NCBI GenBank assembly: GCA_050633245.1
Contig: JBOEGD010000024.1
Span: 266,846 to 330,845 of the forward strand
Length of the DNA: 64,000 nucleotides
Direction of reading: 5' to 3'
From: Calditrichia bacterium
GTDB taxonomy: Bacteria; Calditrichota; Calditrichia; RBG-13-44-9; J075
Below, piece by piece: positions 8,562-19,631 of this stretch. The notes under the pieces are model-generated. The model saw only the letters and a list, made by a program, of their open reading frames with translations. It searched no databases and had not been told where the DNA came from. Numbering within the stretch: position 1 is the stretch's first letter; every line of letters begins with the position of its first letter. Position numbers and translations under genes: made by a program.

Positions 8562-10529
8562 ATGTATCGACTGATCGATCTGCAATTCATAACCGGCTTT
8601 ATATTTCTTTTGATACTTCTGGGTTGTGATACTTATACCGGTCCCGCAAATTCCGGCGGCGACCCCGATCCGGCTCCATCAGAGACTACGACTGGCACAA
8701 TCCGCCTTGACGACGACTTTAGTTTCGATACCACAACGCAACTGCGAATTGTTGTACGATTACTCGATGCGCCGTCTGCACCCGAACAGCAATCCAGACT
8801 GGAGCTTTTTAAGATCGGTTCATCAGGAACAAGAGATCATTTGCTTAGCGGGTATAGCGATAATGCTCTTTTTGAGCGAGTTATATCAGTACCCTCTCAT
8901 CTTGATAGCTTGCTTCTCAGGCGCATTTATGCTGGAATAGTTGTAGATAGTGTAAAGACTTCCGTGGGAAGCTTATATGGCGGATTCCGCTTGCTGCGCC
9001 ATAATTTTGGTGTTGCTGCGCCATCTGCTAAAGTTAAGAATGCCACTAAGCCCTATCAGTCCGTAAGGTTTGAACGTACGTCTTATCAACAGAAAACTCA
9101 AATCTCCGATAGAAACAACGTATCGACGAAAATGCCTGCCGGACAGGTTGTTTTCTCGGATAATATGGAAAGCGGTCCAAATGGGTGGACACATATGTCG
9201 CTCAGTGGGAGTCAGGTGGACAATTGGGCACAATCTGCCGATCGCTCTGCCAGTGGGCAGGTGAGCTGGCGCGTTACCCCTCATTCTTCTGAAGGTTCTG
9301 ATGCACTTCAAACCCCTTTTATTAACCTCTTTGGTATCGAAAACGCCGTGCTTTCATTCAATCACTACTATGCCTTTGATGATTGTGGGGAACAATTATT
9401 CGCACCCGATGGCGGACGCGTAGAGATTTCAAACGGTAATGGTAACTGGACGCCGCTAAAGCCGGTAGGAGGATATCCCTACTTACTTGATGCGATCTGC
9501 GAAAATCCTCTGGCAGGTAACCCGGCCTACGCCCGCAGTAGTAAAGGTTGGGAAAAAGCAGTCTTTGATCTGTCTGATCATGCGAACCAGTTAATTTATC
9601 TGCGTTTTCGCAGCGCCTGGGACTGCGACAATTGTTCAAGCGATGCTCCCGGATGGTTTATTGACGATGTCGTAATAACCACGGCCGGGGCGGATAGCGA
9701 TAATGATGGTGTGCGAGATGAAGATGATGACTTCCCGGCTAGCGCGGAACGTGCCTTTCAAAGTTGGTTCCCCGGATCTCAGCAGTTTGCAGCAGTTGCC
9801 TGTGAGAGTGACTGGCCGGATCGCGGTGACTATGACTTTAACGATTTGGTGATGCAGTATCAATATCGAAAAATTACTAACGCCAGCGGGCAAATTGTCG
9901 CTTTGAACGCTCTCTTTCGCGTGCAGGCAATTGGCTGCCTGGATACGCTTGGTTTTGGTGTGCGTTTGCCGTTTCTTGCTTCAGACATTAGCAGTTTTGT
10001 GGGTTCCACAGGAACCTTTCTTGAATCCTCTACCGGACAGGCAGTTTTGATTGTCTCAAATGAAGTCAATTCACTGGTCAGCCCGGCGGCCGGGTTTAAT
10101 TTGGTGAATACCGAAGCTGGGAGTCCACACATCTCGGCTCCGGTTTTGTCTGCTGTTATCGAATTTGCAACCCCGGTTCTACCTGAAGTATTACGAAATG
10201 CTCCATACGATCCGTTTCTATTCCATTCTGTCGATCGAATACGAGAAGTGCATATGCCGGACTATCCTCCGGTTACTTCTACCAGCTATCTTGGACAAAG
10301 AGAGGATACCAGCGATCCTTCAATAGGGCGATATTATCGTACGTCCAAAAATATGGGGTGGCTGCTTCATATGCCTTCAGACTGGGCACATCCAATTGAG
10401 GGAACAGATTTACTGAAGGCCTATCGACGCTTCCAATCGTGGGCTGAAAGCGGTGGTGTGGAGCGCCCGAACTGGTATCTAAAAGATGCTGACTCAGTCA
10501 ATGAGGAATGGGTTTGGGAGCTTCCTTAA
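8562..10529 (+). CDS. LruC-domain lipoprotein
   Basis: 655 aa with a lipoprotein signal (LLILLGCDT). It has an Asp-rich Ca-binding-like stretch (DSDNDGVRDEDDD) followed by DWPDRGDYDFNDLVMQY, the signature I associate with LruC domains. Confidence 0.55.
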   Translation: MYRLIDLQFITGFIFLLILLGCDTYTGPANSGGDPDPAPSETTTGTIRLDDDFSFDTTTQLRIVVRLLDAPSAPEQQSRLELFKIGSSGTRDHLLSGYSDNALFERVISVPSHLDSLLLRRIYAGIVVDSVKTSVGSLYGGFRLLRHNFGVAAPSAKVKNATKPYQSVRFERTSYQQKTQISDRNNVSTKMPAGQVVFSDNMESGPNGWTHMSLSGSQVDNWAQSADRSASGQVSWRVTPHSSEGSDALQTPFINLFGIENAVLSFNHYYAFDDCGEQLFAPDGGRVEISNGNGNWTPLKPVGGYPYLLDAICENPLAGNPAYARSSKGWEKAVFDLSDHANQLIYLRFRSAWDCDNCSSDAPGWFIDDVVITTAGADSDNDGVRDEDDDFPASAERAFQSWFPGSQQFAAVACESDWPDRGDYDFNDLVMQYQYRKITNASGQIVALNALFRVQAIGCLDTLGFGVRLPFLASDISSFVGSTGTFLESSTGQAVLIVSNEVNSLVSPAAGFNLVNTEAGSPHISAPVLSAVIEFATPVLPEVLRNAPYDPFLFHSVDRIREVHMPDYPPVTSTSYLGQREDTSDPSIGRYYRTSKNMGWLLHMPSDWAHPIEGTDLLKAYRRFQSWAESGGVERPNWYLKDADSVNEEWVWELP

Positions 10530-10730
10530 TCAAATTTGTTCAGAGAAGGCTTTCTAAACTCTTGATAACCCGCAAGAATTTGTGGGGGACAGGGGGTATA
10601 TTACCGATAGAACACTCCCTGTTCCGTGGAACTGATTGGAGTTGGTAGGGAAGTTATGTCTCTCGACTCGAATTAAACTGACAACGGACAACCTCATTTG
10701 TATCCAGCATTCTAAGAAGGAACGGAAGTC

Positions 10731-12035
10731 ATGAGCAAAATATTGCTAATCCCGGGGGAAAACGGTGGTGGACAGCTATCGCGATCCTTATTCCTGGGTG
10801 AACGCCTGCGTGCTCATGGCCATTCGGTTGGAATTGCACTGGATAAAAAGCACTACGCTTTGGCTTCCAAGTATCAGTTTAGTGTTTTTCCGTTAGGCAA
10901 CAGTTTCGAAAACCTTCTGCGTTTTCAACTTCAAAGACCATATTTCCCGAAAATTCGTGCTAAAAATCGCGGTTTTAAGAGGCCGTATTTCCTCGAATTC
11001 GACGGTATTTCCTTCCGCGTTCCACGCGAGGGCTACCTCAGCGAAAAAATTGTCTACCATCGCATGTCTCGTTATGGCGAGATTATACGCAAGTTTAAGC
11101 CGGAGGTGTTAATTGGTGACGGACATTATTTAACCAGTTTACTCGGTAAAAAGTATGGTCTTCGGGTATTGCAAATCTCTCGTTTGGCTGAATTTGCGCC
11201 AGCACCTGAATTCTTCTGGTGGAAGTCCAGCGATACACGCCTGGTATCGCCGGATGCACTTGGGCCGTTTCGTCCACTTTTGCATGAACTGAAACTTGCC
11301 GGCTTACATCGGCCGGAAGATCTCCTGCGTGGGGATGGATATCTTGTACCTGCAAATGAAGTTATTGAGCCCGTAGATACAGTAGAAAATGATGTGCTTT
11401 TCACTGGTCCGCTAACGCCCATCAACAGACCCGATACCTCTGGAATCGACTACTACAAAAAAAATACTGCGCCAAAGGTGTTCGTTTCCTTAGGCGGAGG
11501 GCTTCCAGTTTCTCATGAGAAGCAATTTTTTGGCATTATATCCGAGGCGTTTGGCGGCAGAAATTTTGAGGTATTGGTATCGACAAAAAGGAAGTCGCTA
11601 CAGCGCCGTTTTAACAATGAGAACAACAACATCTCATTTGTAAATGGTATTCCCAGAGAGCAAGTAATTCGCCAGAGCGATTTGGTTATTTATAGCGGCA
11701 CCTATTCCACCACAATGAAAGTTTTGCTCGAATCGAAGCCGGCACTGGTTATTCCAACCCATTCTGCCAGCGAAGGTTATGGTCGAAGGCTGGAACGACT
11801 AAGCGTTGGTAAGACGTTACTCCCGCATGAACGTCAGTTGAAAAAGCTGATTTATGACTGGCCTTATGGTACATTCCAAATGCTGGGTGGATTTGACTTA
11901 GCGCTGCGAGCCGAAGATATATTAAGTGAGAGTGAACAGCTTCTTGACGTTTTTGATTCTGAGCGTGCACAGATTTTGGCAGATTCACTGAAGGAACAGC
12001 AGCGCAATATGGATTTTGATACGCTGATCGGTTAG
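10731..12035 (+). CDS. GT-B fold glycosyltransferase (GT1/GT28, MurG/UDP-glycosyltransferase-like)
   Basis: 434 aa with an N-terminal Gly-rich loop (PGENGGGQLSRSL) and a two-Rossmann-half organisation. It converges on the lptG-like gene with only a 2-nt gap. Confidence 0.55.
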   Translation: MSKILLIPGENGGGQLSRSLFLGERLRAHGHSVGIALDKKHYALASKYQFSVFPLGNSFENLLRFQLQRPYFPKIRAKNRGFKRPYFLEFDGISFRVPREGYLSEKIVYHRMSRYGEIIRKFKPEVLIGDGHYLTSLLGKKYGLRVLQISRLAEFAPAPEFFWWKSSDTRLVSPDALGPFRPLLHELKLAGLHRPEDLLRGDGYLVPANEVIEPVDTVENDVLFTGPLTPINRPDTSGIDYYKKNTAPKVFVSLGGGLPVSHEKQFFGIISEAFGGRNFEVLVSTKRKSLQRRFNNENNNISFVNGIPREQVIRQSDLVIYSGTYSTTMKVLLESKPALVIPTHSASEGYGRRLERLSVGKTLLPHERQLKKLIYDWPYGTFQMLGGFDLALRAEDILSESEQLLDVFDSERAQILADSLKEQQRNMDFDTLIG

Positions 12036-12037
12036 CA

Positions 12038-13123
12038 TTATTTTCTTACCCGAAACATCATAATGACCCCGCCAACGAAGAACACCATATTGCCGACCCA
12101 TGCGCCCAACCAGGGATTTAATGTTGCATTATGTCCTAACACTTGTCCGGCGCGCATAAATCCAAAGTAGACGAAGCTGATAAGCAGAGCGAGTGCAAAA
12201 CCGAGTGCCGGGCCGCTTCGCCTTTTACGAGATGCAAGCGGTGCACCAAAAAGAACGATGATAAAGCTGGCCAACGGATAGGAAATTTTCATATATAAAT
12301 CCACCAGCCATTTCCGGCTGTCTGCACCTATTTCCGCCAGACCGCTTACGAATTTATCCAGTTCAAAATAGTTCATCTCTTCCGGTTTTATCTGCAGTTC
12401 CAGAAGGTCTTCGGGAAAGATGCGGGTGTCGGCGTAGAGAAGCGAGTCGAAGTTCATCATGGTTTCAAGGCTGTCGGTAAACTCGCGCACGACAATGTCT
12501 TCCATTTTCCATCCGCCAAGATTCTGCGACCACTTCATCAATCTTGCGTCCCAGCGTTGCGTGATGCGATCGCCCTCAATCCAAATAATGCTTACTTTGT
12601 TAGCAAGCTGCTTCTTTCCCTGGTAATTATAGATGTGCACCTGTTTATTATCAATATCCTGCAGCGCAATTTGTCGTCGATTCGATAAGTTACTTCTGGC
12701 CTGCTTGCGGATGTCGTAGCGCCAGATATCGAGCCGTCGTCGGTTGCTTTCGGGAACAATGGTTTCGCTGAACAAACCGGCTAAGATGCTAATACCAAAT
12801 GCAAGAATCAAGATTGGTGCAACCAGCCGATGCAAACTAATACCGGCAGAAAGGCTCGCAATAAGCTCGTTGTGCTGCGCCATGCTGCCAATAGAGAACA
12901 GGCTGCTAAGCAGCATGCAGACAGGCAAGGTCAGGGTAATAATAAACGGGATGTAGTAAAAGTAGTAGAGAGCTCCATAAGTCAGGCCTGCTTTACTGTT
13001 GAGAAACTTATCGAGATTTTCAATAAGATCAATTACAACAAATACCACGATAAACGCCAGTATGGTATAGCCGAGAATAACCAGAAACTTACCCAGTATG
13101 TATTTATCAATCAGTTTCATCAA
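12038..13123 (-). CDS. lptG: LPS export ABC permease, LptF/LptG (YjgP/YjgQ) family
   Basis: 361 aa arranged as 3 TM, a periplasmic domain and 3 TM. It has a 4-nt ATGA overlap with the upstream paralog. The F versus G assignment is based on gene order only. Confidence 0.7.
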   Translation of the reverse strand: MMKLIDKYILGKFLVILGYTILAFIVVFVVIDLIENLDKFLNSKAGLTYGALYYFYYIPFIITLTLPVCMLLSSLFSIGSMAQHNELIASLSAGISLHRLVAPILILAFGISILAGLFSETIVPESNRRRLDIWRYDIRKQARSNLSNRRQIALQDIDNKQVHIYNYQGKKQLANKVSIIWIEGDRITQRWDARLMKWSQNLGGWKMEDIVVREFTDSLETMMNFDSLLYADTRIFPEDLLELQIKPEEMNYFELDKFVSGLAEIGADSRKWLVDLYMKISYPLASFIIVLFGAPLASRKRRSGPALGFALALLISFVYFGFMRAGQVLGHNATLNPWLGAWVGNMVFFVGGVIMMFRVRK

Positions 13124-14562
13124 TCATCCCCGCGCAAAAATACTTGCAGCGCTTTTGGCAGGCGATTCCAGTTAATAAAGCTGGTTTCATGAACAGTTTT
13201 ATAGGTAAGCCACAACCCCAAAAAACCTACCAGAATATTGGGAAACCACATTGCCAGCATTGGATGAACAATTTGCCGATCGGCCAAATCTTCACCACCT
13301 ATCAGACAAATCCAGTAGACAAGAAAGAATGCAATACTGAACGTTACGCTAACTCCCAAAGAGCCTTTTCTGGCGCGAATGCCCAGCGGTGCGCCAACCA
13401 GCACAAAAACAATGCAGGCAAAGGGGATGGAATACTTCTTGTAAATCTCTACCTGATATTTTGAAATCTGTTTCCCAAAATACGCCTGGTTGTTCATTGC
13501 TGTTGTTAGCATTTGCAGGGAATTTTGCGCTTTCCGCGACGCCTTCGACATGGCAGTGCGGCTGGCATTGGTAATCAGGCTTAGATCTCTCGCCGAATAC
13601 GTAGAGTCGCTGAGGCGCTTGGCAATGATGTCAGGCTCAATTAAATATGTTTTAGAAGCGTTGGAGAGCTTTTCCTGCTCTTCGTCCACTGCCTGGCGCT
13701 TTTGATTAATTGTCTCCTGCATCATCGAAATAGTCATTTCGCGATCGCCACGTTGGCCTTCCTGAATCTCGGTGAGAATCTGATCGCTTGCTTCCATATA
13801 AATAACCGTTTTGTCGAACAGAATTCGTCGATATTCACTGTAGTCACGGGTGCTGACTTCATGGATTTCGCCATCAAACAGGTTGAATAACATCTGCGCC
13901 CGTTCTTTGTCGAACACCAGATAACCATAATCTGCGATGATGGTGCGTTGAAATTGGGTGCGATTATTGAAGTCGAATATGGTGATTTCTTCGAGTTTGT
14001 CTGCGGTGGTAAACTCTGCGTTTGGAGAAAGTAAGTCGCTTTCACTCTGTTCGCGTTCTTCATCTGCACGTCTGATCTTTTCGACCAGTATGTTCAGGTT
14101 CTCCCGCTTTAGATATAGGCCTTCTTCCAGGCTGAATGTCGGTTTTTTGCGCGTAATGCTGCGCATTAACAAGCGAGCCTGATGGTTAAATTCGGGAAGA
14201 ACAACATCGTTATAAATCACCATTGCAATGGTCAGCATCGTGCCAGCCAATAGAGCCGGTGCAATAATGCGGTATAGATTGATTCCGGATGCGCGAAAAA
14301 TGGTGATCTCATTGTCTGCCGATAACCTGCCATAGGCCATTAGCGATGCGATTAGCACCGCCATTGGAACCGCAAGCGCCATCATCCATGCGAGATTTAA
14401 ATAAATAAATTCGAAAATTACCATCACCGGCAATCCCTTGCCGAAAATTTTTCCGATATATTGAAGAATAAACTTCGTTATAAATACAAACATAATTACC
14501 GCAAGTGAAAAGAAGAATGGCCATGCCAGGTCCTTCACGATGTAGCGAGTAATGATTTTCAT
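13120..14562 (-). CDS. lptF: LPS export ABC permease, LptF/LptG family, with an enlarged charged periplasmic insert
   Basis: 480 aa with the same YjgP/YjgQ topology, forming an operon with 12038-13123. Confidence 0.7.
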   Translation of the reverse strand: MKIITRYIVKDLAWPFFFSLAVIMFVFITKFILQYIGKIFGKGLPVMVIFEFIYLNLAWMMALAVPMAVLIASLMAYGRLSADNEITIFRASGINLYRIIAPALLAGTMLTIAMVIYNDVVLPEFNHQARLLMRSITRKKPTFSLEEGLYLKRENLNILVEKIRRADEEREQSESDLLSPNAEFTTADKLEEITIFDFNNRTQFQRTIIADYGYLVFDKERAQMLFNLFDGEIHEVSTRDYSEYRRILFDKTVIYMEASDQILTEIQEGQRGDREMTISMMQETINQKRQAVDEEQEKLSNASKTYLIEPDIIAKRLSDSTYSARDLSLITNASRTAMSKASRKAQNSLQMLTTAMNNQAYFGKQISKYQVEIYKKYSIPFACIVFVLVGAPLGIRARKGSLGVSVTFSIAFFLVYWICLIGGEDLADRQIVHPMLAMWFPNILVGFLGLWLTYKTVHETSFINWNRLPKALQVFLRGDD

Positions 14563-14741
14563 ATTTTATCCGATAGTAACTGCAGGTTTTCAAGCTAGTC
14601 AGACGTACATATCATTAGCGCCTTGTGCGCAATCAAGACACTTAATGTAAGCTCTGTTCAGGCCTCACCCAAATGGAAAATAGCGCTGTATTCTGCTGTT
14701 TAACCTCAAATGAACTCCCAGGTTCACGCCGGAGAATAATT

Positions 14742-16529
14742 ATGCAGGATCTCATTTTGCAGCATCAGGAGAAAGAGCATCTATTTGCTGCTATCGTAAA
14801 CTCCTCAAGTGATGCCATTATTTTTCTCGACCCCGACGGGATTATTGCTCATTGGAACCTTGGCGCAGAAGATATTTTTGGCTATTCGGCAGAAGAGGCA
14901 ATCGGACAGCCCTACGAGATATTAGTGCCTGCTGAACTCAAGGGTGTAGATGAGATGAATTATGTTCGCCAGGAGATGCAGGATAAAGGTAATCTTAAGA
15001 AATACGAAACGCGTCGCCAATGCAATGATGGCAGCATTTTATTTGTTGATATATCAAGTACTCAAATTCGGGATGAAAAAAAGCAGCTAAGGGGACGCGC
15101 CGAAATTATTAAGGAAATTCAGTCTCGTAAAGAGCTGGAGTTCGAGCTGCTTCAAACTATTCTAGAGCTGGCAAAGATCAATGAGCTAAACGATATTCTG
15201 CACAACTGCTATGATGAAGCTGATATTTTACGACTGATTCTTGTGGCGATGACTGCTGGCGAAGGTTTGCGCTTCAATCGTGCGTTTCTTCTTCTTGTCG
15301 ATCGCGATACAAATGAGCTGCGTGGTGAATTGGCCGTCGGTTCATCTGATGGTGATGAAGCAAACCGGGTTTGGACGGGGCTTGAAACGGAATACCGATA
15401 TTTGCAGGATATTGTAAAGCACTATACTATAGATAAGGAAGGTGCCGACCGGGAGGTAAATGATCTGGTTCGACGGTTTCGCCTAAAGCTGGATTCTTCC
15501 GAGCATGTTTTGAATCGCGCTATGCAACGCAGGCAGGTGGCCTTGGTGAATAAGGATTATATGAATACCCACCCGGAAATTAATTTTAGCATCGGGGATT
15601 CCGATCTCCTTAGTCTGTTGGATAACGATAACTTTGTAGTGGTCCCGCTTTTTACCAAAGCAGAGCCACTCGGTGTACTAATTGCGGATAATATTATAAC
15701 GCGCGCGCCGATTCTAATTGAAAGGTTACATACCTTACGTCTGTTCGCGACTCAGGCAAGTGCAGCGATCGAAAATGCCCGTCTTTATAGCCACCTGGCC
15801 AAACAGAATTTAAAACTGCGTGAAGCCTACAATGATCTGGAAACCAATCAGCAAAAGTTGCTGCAGAGTGAGCGTCTTGCTGCGATTGGTGAAATGTCGG
15901 CCAAAATAGCGCATGAAATTCGCAATCCACTTGTTGCAATAGGCGGTTTCGCAGGATTGATAGAGAAGGCGGAGCACACGAGCGAAAAAACGCCGCAGTA
16001 TGCCGGTATCATTCGCGATCAGGTTACGCGTCTCGAACACATCCTGAACAACCTTTTAAGCGCCTCCCGTCCGGTGGAACCGCATTTGGAATCGATTGAT
16101 ATTCGCATCCCGATAACTGAGGCAATGCAAGTGGTTGAGGAGCGCTGTCGCGATAAGCAAATTGAGCTCTCGAGTATTATTCCGGATGAATTTGCAGAGA
16201 TTCGCGCAGATCGTCGAATGATTCAACAGATGCTTTTGAACTTGTTAATCAACAGCGTTGATGCTTGTAAGGATGTCGAGCCGGCTCATGTCTCTCTACG
16301 TCTGAAAAGAGAGGTAGACTGGCTGGTTTTGGAAGTTCGCGACAATGGTTGCGGAATTGAACCGGCAAATCAGAGCCGAATTTTCGAAGCCTTTTACACC
16401 ACAAAATCCGGCGGAACCGGTTTGGGTTTGTCTATCGTCAATCAAATTATGCGGGCTCATGGTGGCCGCCTCGATTTACATAGTGAGACGGGAGTCGGAA
16501 CAAATATTTCGCTGCGGTTTCCAAGCTAA
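14742..16529 (+). CDS. PAS-GAF sensor histidine kinase
   Basis: It has a PAS segment (IIFLDPDGIIAHWNLGAEDIFGY), a GAF-like middle region, the H-box AHEIRNPL, and ATPase motifs DNGCGI and GGTGLGLSIV. ATG 14742 is preceded by GGAGA; the longer start at 14673 is also possible. Confidence 0.85.
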   Translation: MQDLILQHQEKEHLFAAIVNSSSDAIIFLDPDGIIAHWNLGAEDIFGYSAEEAIGQPYEILVPAELKGVDEMNYVRQEMQDKGNLKKYETRRQCNDGSILFVDISSTQIRDEKKQLRGRAEIIKEIQSRKELEFELLQTILELAKINELNDILHNCYDEADILRLILVAMTAGEGLRFNRAFLLLVDRDTNELRGELAVGSSDGDEANRVWTGLETEYRYLQDIVKHYTIDKEGADREVNDLVRRFRLKLDSSEHVLNRAMQRRQVALVNKDYMNTHPEINFSIGDSDLLSLLDNDNFVVVPLFTKAEPLGVLIADNIITRAPILIERLHTLRLFATQASAAIENARLYSHLAKQNLKLREAYNDLETNQQKLLQSERLAAIGEMSAKIAHEIRNPLVAIGGFAGLIEKAEHTSEKTPQYAGIIRDQVTRLEHILNNLLSASRPVEPHLESIDIRIPITEAMQVVEERCRDKQIELSSIIPDEFAEIRADRRMIQQMLLNLLINSVDACKDVEPAHVSLRLKREVDWLVLEVRDNGCGIEPANQSRIFEAFYTTKSGGTGLGLSIVNQIMRAHGGRLDLHSETGVGTNISLRFPS

Positions 16530-16705
16530 CTACAGGAGTCAGGTGTCAGAAGCGAGAAGTACAATTGAAAATTGAAAATTGCGCCCTGTTCTCTCTAATG
16601 TAATTCCCCGAACTGACCGATAATTAACAGTAAACTCTACATTCAGTTTCTTTGCTAATCTCAAATGCTGTAATAACACGGAATAACACACATCGGAGGT
16701 GTAAG

Positions 16706-17074
16706 ATGTCCAAAATTCTAATAGTTGAAGATGAAGAAGCGCAGCGCCTGCTATACGAAACGGAAATTGCTGCGGAGGGCTATGAAGTTGTTCTGGCTCG
16801 TGATGGCGTAGATGCAATCGAAAAAGTCCGAGAGAATGAGCCTGATGTAATTGTATTGGATTTGATGATGCCGAATATGCATGGACTGGATGCAATGCGC
16901 AAATTGTTGAAGATAAATCCCAATATGCCGGTGATTATCCATACCGCCTATGATCATTATAAAGACAATTTTTTGAGCTGGGCTGCACAAGAATACGTTG
17001 TTAAATCATCCGATCTTTCTTCATTAAAACAGGCTATTCGCAGAGCACTTGCCGGTGATTTAGTATCAGCATAA
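16706..17074 (+). CDS. Single-domain response regulator (CheY-like receiver)
   Basis: 122 aa with MSKILIVEDEE, DVIVLDLMMP (acceptor Asp) and a conserved K in YVVKSSD. A GGAGG sits at 16695-16699 upstream of ATG 16706. Confidence 0.9.
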   Translation: MSKILIVEDEEAQRLLYETEIAAEGYEVVLARDGVDAIEKVRENEPDVIVLDLMMPNMHGLDAMRKLLKINPNMPVIIHTAYDHYKDNFLSWAAQEYVVKSSDLSSLKQAIRRALAGDLVSA

Positions 17075-17085
17075 AAATATAAGCG

Positions 17086-17114
17086 TTGACTTATAACTGC
17101 ACTGCGGCTAGATT
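17086..17114 (+). promoter_or_regulatory. Candidate sigma70-type promoter for the riboswitch-btuB unit
   Basis: TTGACT (17086-17091), a 17-nt spacer, then TAGATT (17109-17114), placed about 15 nt upstream of riboswitch stem P1. Confidence 0.4.
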
Positions 17115-17127
17115 AATACAACTTTTT

Positions 17128-17280
17128 TATACCAGTGTACGGGAAGCGCGGTGAAAATCCGCCACTGCCCCGCAACTGTAACAGAGGACGAAAGCTCGAT
17201 AAAGCCACTGTTCCGAAACATCGGAATGGGAAGGTGAGTGAGTAGGATGATTCTGAAGTCAGGAGACCGGCTGGTATATA
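17128..17280 (+). promoter_or_regulatory. Cobalamin (B12) riboswitch aptamer
   Basis: Closing stem ATACCAG (17130-) pairs with CTGGTAT (-17278). Conserved core GGGAAGCGCGGTGAAAATCCGCCACTGCCCCGCAACTGTAA lies at 17141-17181, and the B12 box AAGTCAGGAGACCGGC at 17257-17271. The downstream expression platform includes ACCCGG...CCGGGT plus a T-run next to the GGAGG RBS at 17406-17410. Confidence 0.85.
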
Positions 17281-17416
17281 TACCCGTTTATCGACCTTCG
17301 CGGGAAGGCCGGGGGCAGCGTATCCTGATGTGTGCGTAAGCGTGCTTGGGAATTTCGTGTCTGCATACCCGGTTTTCGATCTGAAGGCCGGGTAATCTGT
17401 TTTTTGGAGGTCTGCG

Positions 17417-19606
17417 GTGAGCAGGCAGAATACGATTCTCCGCTGCATGTTAATCATGCTGATATGCTTTAGTGGCTTGCGAGGGCAAAGCACAATACGC
17501 ATTAGCGGAACAGTTTACGATGCAATAAGTGGTGAAGCGCTGGCAGCAGCTTTTGTGGGAGTTGTGAATTCGCCCTATGGTTGTCTAAGCGCTACAGATG
17601 GTTCCTATGCCATTGAATCTCTTCCTGAAGGCGACTATGAGCTGGAATGCACTCGTTTGGGTTATCGCCGCTCGAATATCGCTCCTGTCTCAGTCGTTAT
17701 AGATCAAACACTTCGCCAGAATTTTTATCTTACCAGTGAACCTATAGTACTCGATTCGTTACAAGTTGAAGTTCTTGCCACGGATGTTACAGGAGAAGTC
17801 GGTGCACGCGTTGTTTTAACACGAACGGATATTGAGCGGTATCGCGCCCTTGGCATGGGAAAACTCCTGCAGCAGGTTGCAGGCGTGCAAGTGGATGCGA
17901 CCGGGGGCAGCGGGCGCGCGGTTATTCGAATTCATGGTGGACGTGCAAGCCAGGTTTTAGTGCTGTTGGATGGACAAAAGTTGAATGATTCTCAGAGCGG
18001 CGAAATCGACCTTGGTGCAATCCCTCTGGACGATGTGGAGCGGATTGAAGTGCTCCGCGAAGGAAATACGGCTCTTTATGGTGGTGGAGCATTTGCCGGT
18101 GTGGTTGAGTTCCATTCACGTGAAGAACGCAACCAAAATCAGTTAAGTGCCGGGGCACATACCGGTTCTTTTGAAAGTGCCGGTGGGCGTGCAGCCTTTG
18201 TGTTTGCTCGACAGACGTCAGGCATGCGCGTTTCTTATCAGCAGGATTATTCTCGACAAAACTTCGAGTATCAATACGAAGACAATACCGAAACCCGACA
18301 AAATAGCTGGACGCGACATCGCGGTTTTTTAGCGCGAGGAAATTTAACTTATAGTTCAAATACCTTTAATGTGCTTCTGCATAGACGCGCTGCCAGGCAG
18401 GGTTTGCCCTCCTTCTTCTACTCAGAATTCAATCCCTATAACGCCAACCTGCGTTTAAATCAAACCTCCCTGCAGGCAAGACATCGCTGGTTGACCCCCA
18501 AGCTGGTGCTAAATAATAGTTTCTCCATTAACGACTTGTCTAATACCTATAAAAGTCTGCTGGATCCCGGCTTTACGCGGTTCCATTTAGAGCAGGATAA
18601 TCGTGTTTATGAAGCTCGAAGTGAAGCCGTTGTTTCAGTATTGGATAAGACCACGGCTCGCTTTGGCTTAAGCTACCTGGAAGAGCAGCTGGAGACGCAA
18701 AATTTACTTCGTGAAAATGAAGGTGCAGACTATAACGTTCGTCATCAGTATGCGTTTTATGGTGCAGCCGAAACATCTCTTCCCGGACTATCCGCCTTAT
18801 TCAACCATTCCCGTCTCAATGGCGCGCTGCGCTACGAACGCTATTTCCGTAAGCGGGGAGAATGGTATCCACATGTAAATATGACATTGGTACCAAAACA
18901 TCTTTCACGACTTAGCCTGACGGTGGGTTGGAGCAAGGCAATCCGCTATCCCGACTTCAACAGCCTGTTTTGGAAGGGGGATGCGCGCGCCAGTGGCAAC
19001 CCGGAATTACTGCCCGAGCGAAAGCGCTCGTACAATGCGGGTGCAAAGCTGCGATTTAAAAATGTAAAGCTTCCTGCGCTGCGCATTTATGCATATAGCG
19101 AAGATATCACGGATCTTATTTTCTGGGAATTAAGCGTTGGAGTCTGGCAGCCGCGGAATTTAAGTGGTGCCGAAAAGCGTGGGGTTGATATTGAGCTGGA
19201 GGAGCAACTTATTCCAGAGCACCTGCATTTAAACGCTTCGTATAGCTTTATAGATACAAAGAATTCCAGCCCGGAGCCGAATCGAAACGGAAAGCAGCTG
19301 ATTTTTATCCCCAGGCACACCACTAATCTTACCCTGTGGCTACAGGCTTTTCAATTCCAGGGACAGGTACTTTGGCGCCACGTTTCGGAACGGCAAATTG
19401 TGCAGGCGAATACCGGATTGCCTCTCTCTGCTTATCAATTGCTGGATTTATCGGTAAATCACAATTTGCCAATTAAACTATGGCGTATTCAAACGGGATT
19501 GGCTGTCAAAAACATAACAAGCGCAAGCTATGAGCTGATTCGCGGTTATCCCATGCCTGGAAGAGAATTTCGCCTAACGCTTCAAATAGAAAATAATTCG
19601 CATTAA
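17417..19606 (+). CDS. btuB: TonB-dependent receptor with an N-terminal carboxypeptidase-regulatory-like domain; likely a cobalamin transporter
   Basis: 729 aa starting at GTG, after a B12 riboswitch. It has a signal peptide, a CarboxypepD_reg-like segment (IRISGTVYDAISGE...GDYELECTRLGYR), a plug domain (RIEVLREGNTALYGGGAFAGVV) and a long beta-barrel. Confidence 0.8.
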   Translation: MSRQNTILRCMLIMLICFSGLRGQSTIRISGTVYDAISGEALAAAFVGVVNSPYGCLSATDGSYAIESLPEGDYELECTRLGYRRSNIAPVSVVIDQTLRQNFYLTSEPIVLDSLQVEVLATDVTGEVGARVVLTRTDIERYRALGMGKLLQQVAGVQVDATGGSGRAVIRIHGGRASQVLVLLDGQKLNDSQSGEIDLGAIPLDDVERIEVLREGNTALYGGGAFAGVVEFHSREERNQNQLSAGAHTGSFESAGGRAAFVFARQTSGMRVSYQQDYSRQNFEYQYEDNTETRQNSWTRHRGFLARGNLTYSSNTFNVLLHRRAARQGLPSFFYSEFNPYNANLRLNQTSLQARHRWLTPKLVLNNSFSINDLSNTYKSLLDPGFTRFHLEQDNRVYEARSEAVVSVLDKTTARFGLSYLEEQLETQNLLRENEGADYNVRHQYAFYGAAETSLPGLSALFNHSRLNGALRYERYFRKRGEWYPHVNMTLVPKHLSRLSLTVGWSKAIRYPDFNSLFWKGDARASGNPELLPERKRSYNAGAKLRFKNVKLPALRIYAYSEDITDLIFWELSVGVWQPRNLSGAEKRGVDIELEEQLIPEHLHLNASYSFIDTKNSSPEPNRNGKQLIFIPRHTTNLTLWLQAFQFQGQVLWRHVSERQIVQANTGLPLSAYQLLDLSVNHNLPIKLWRIQTGLAVKNITSASYELIRGYPMPGREFRLTLQIENNSH

Positions 19607-19631
19607 TTATCCATGTTTTCAATATGCTCAA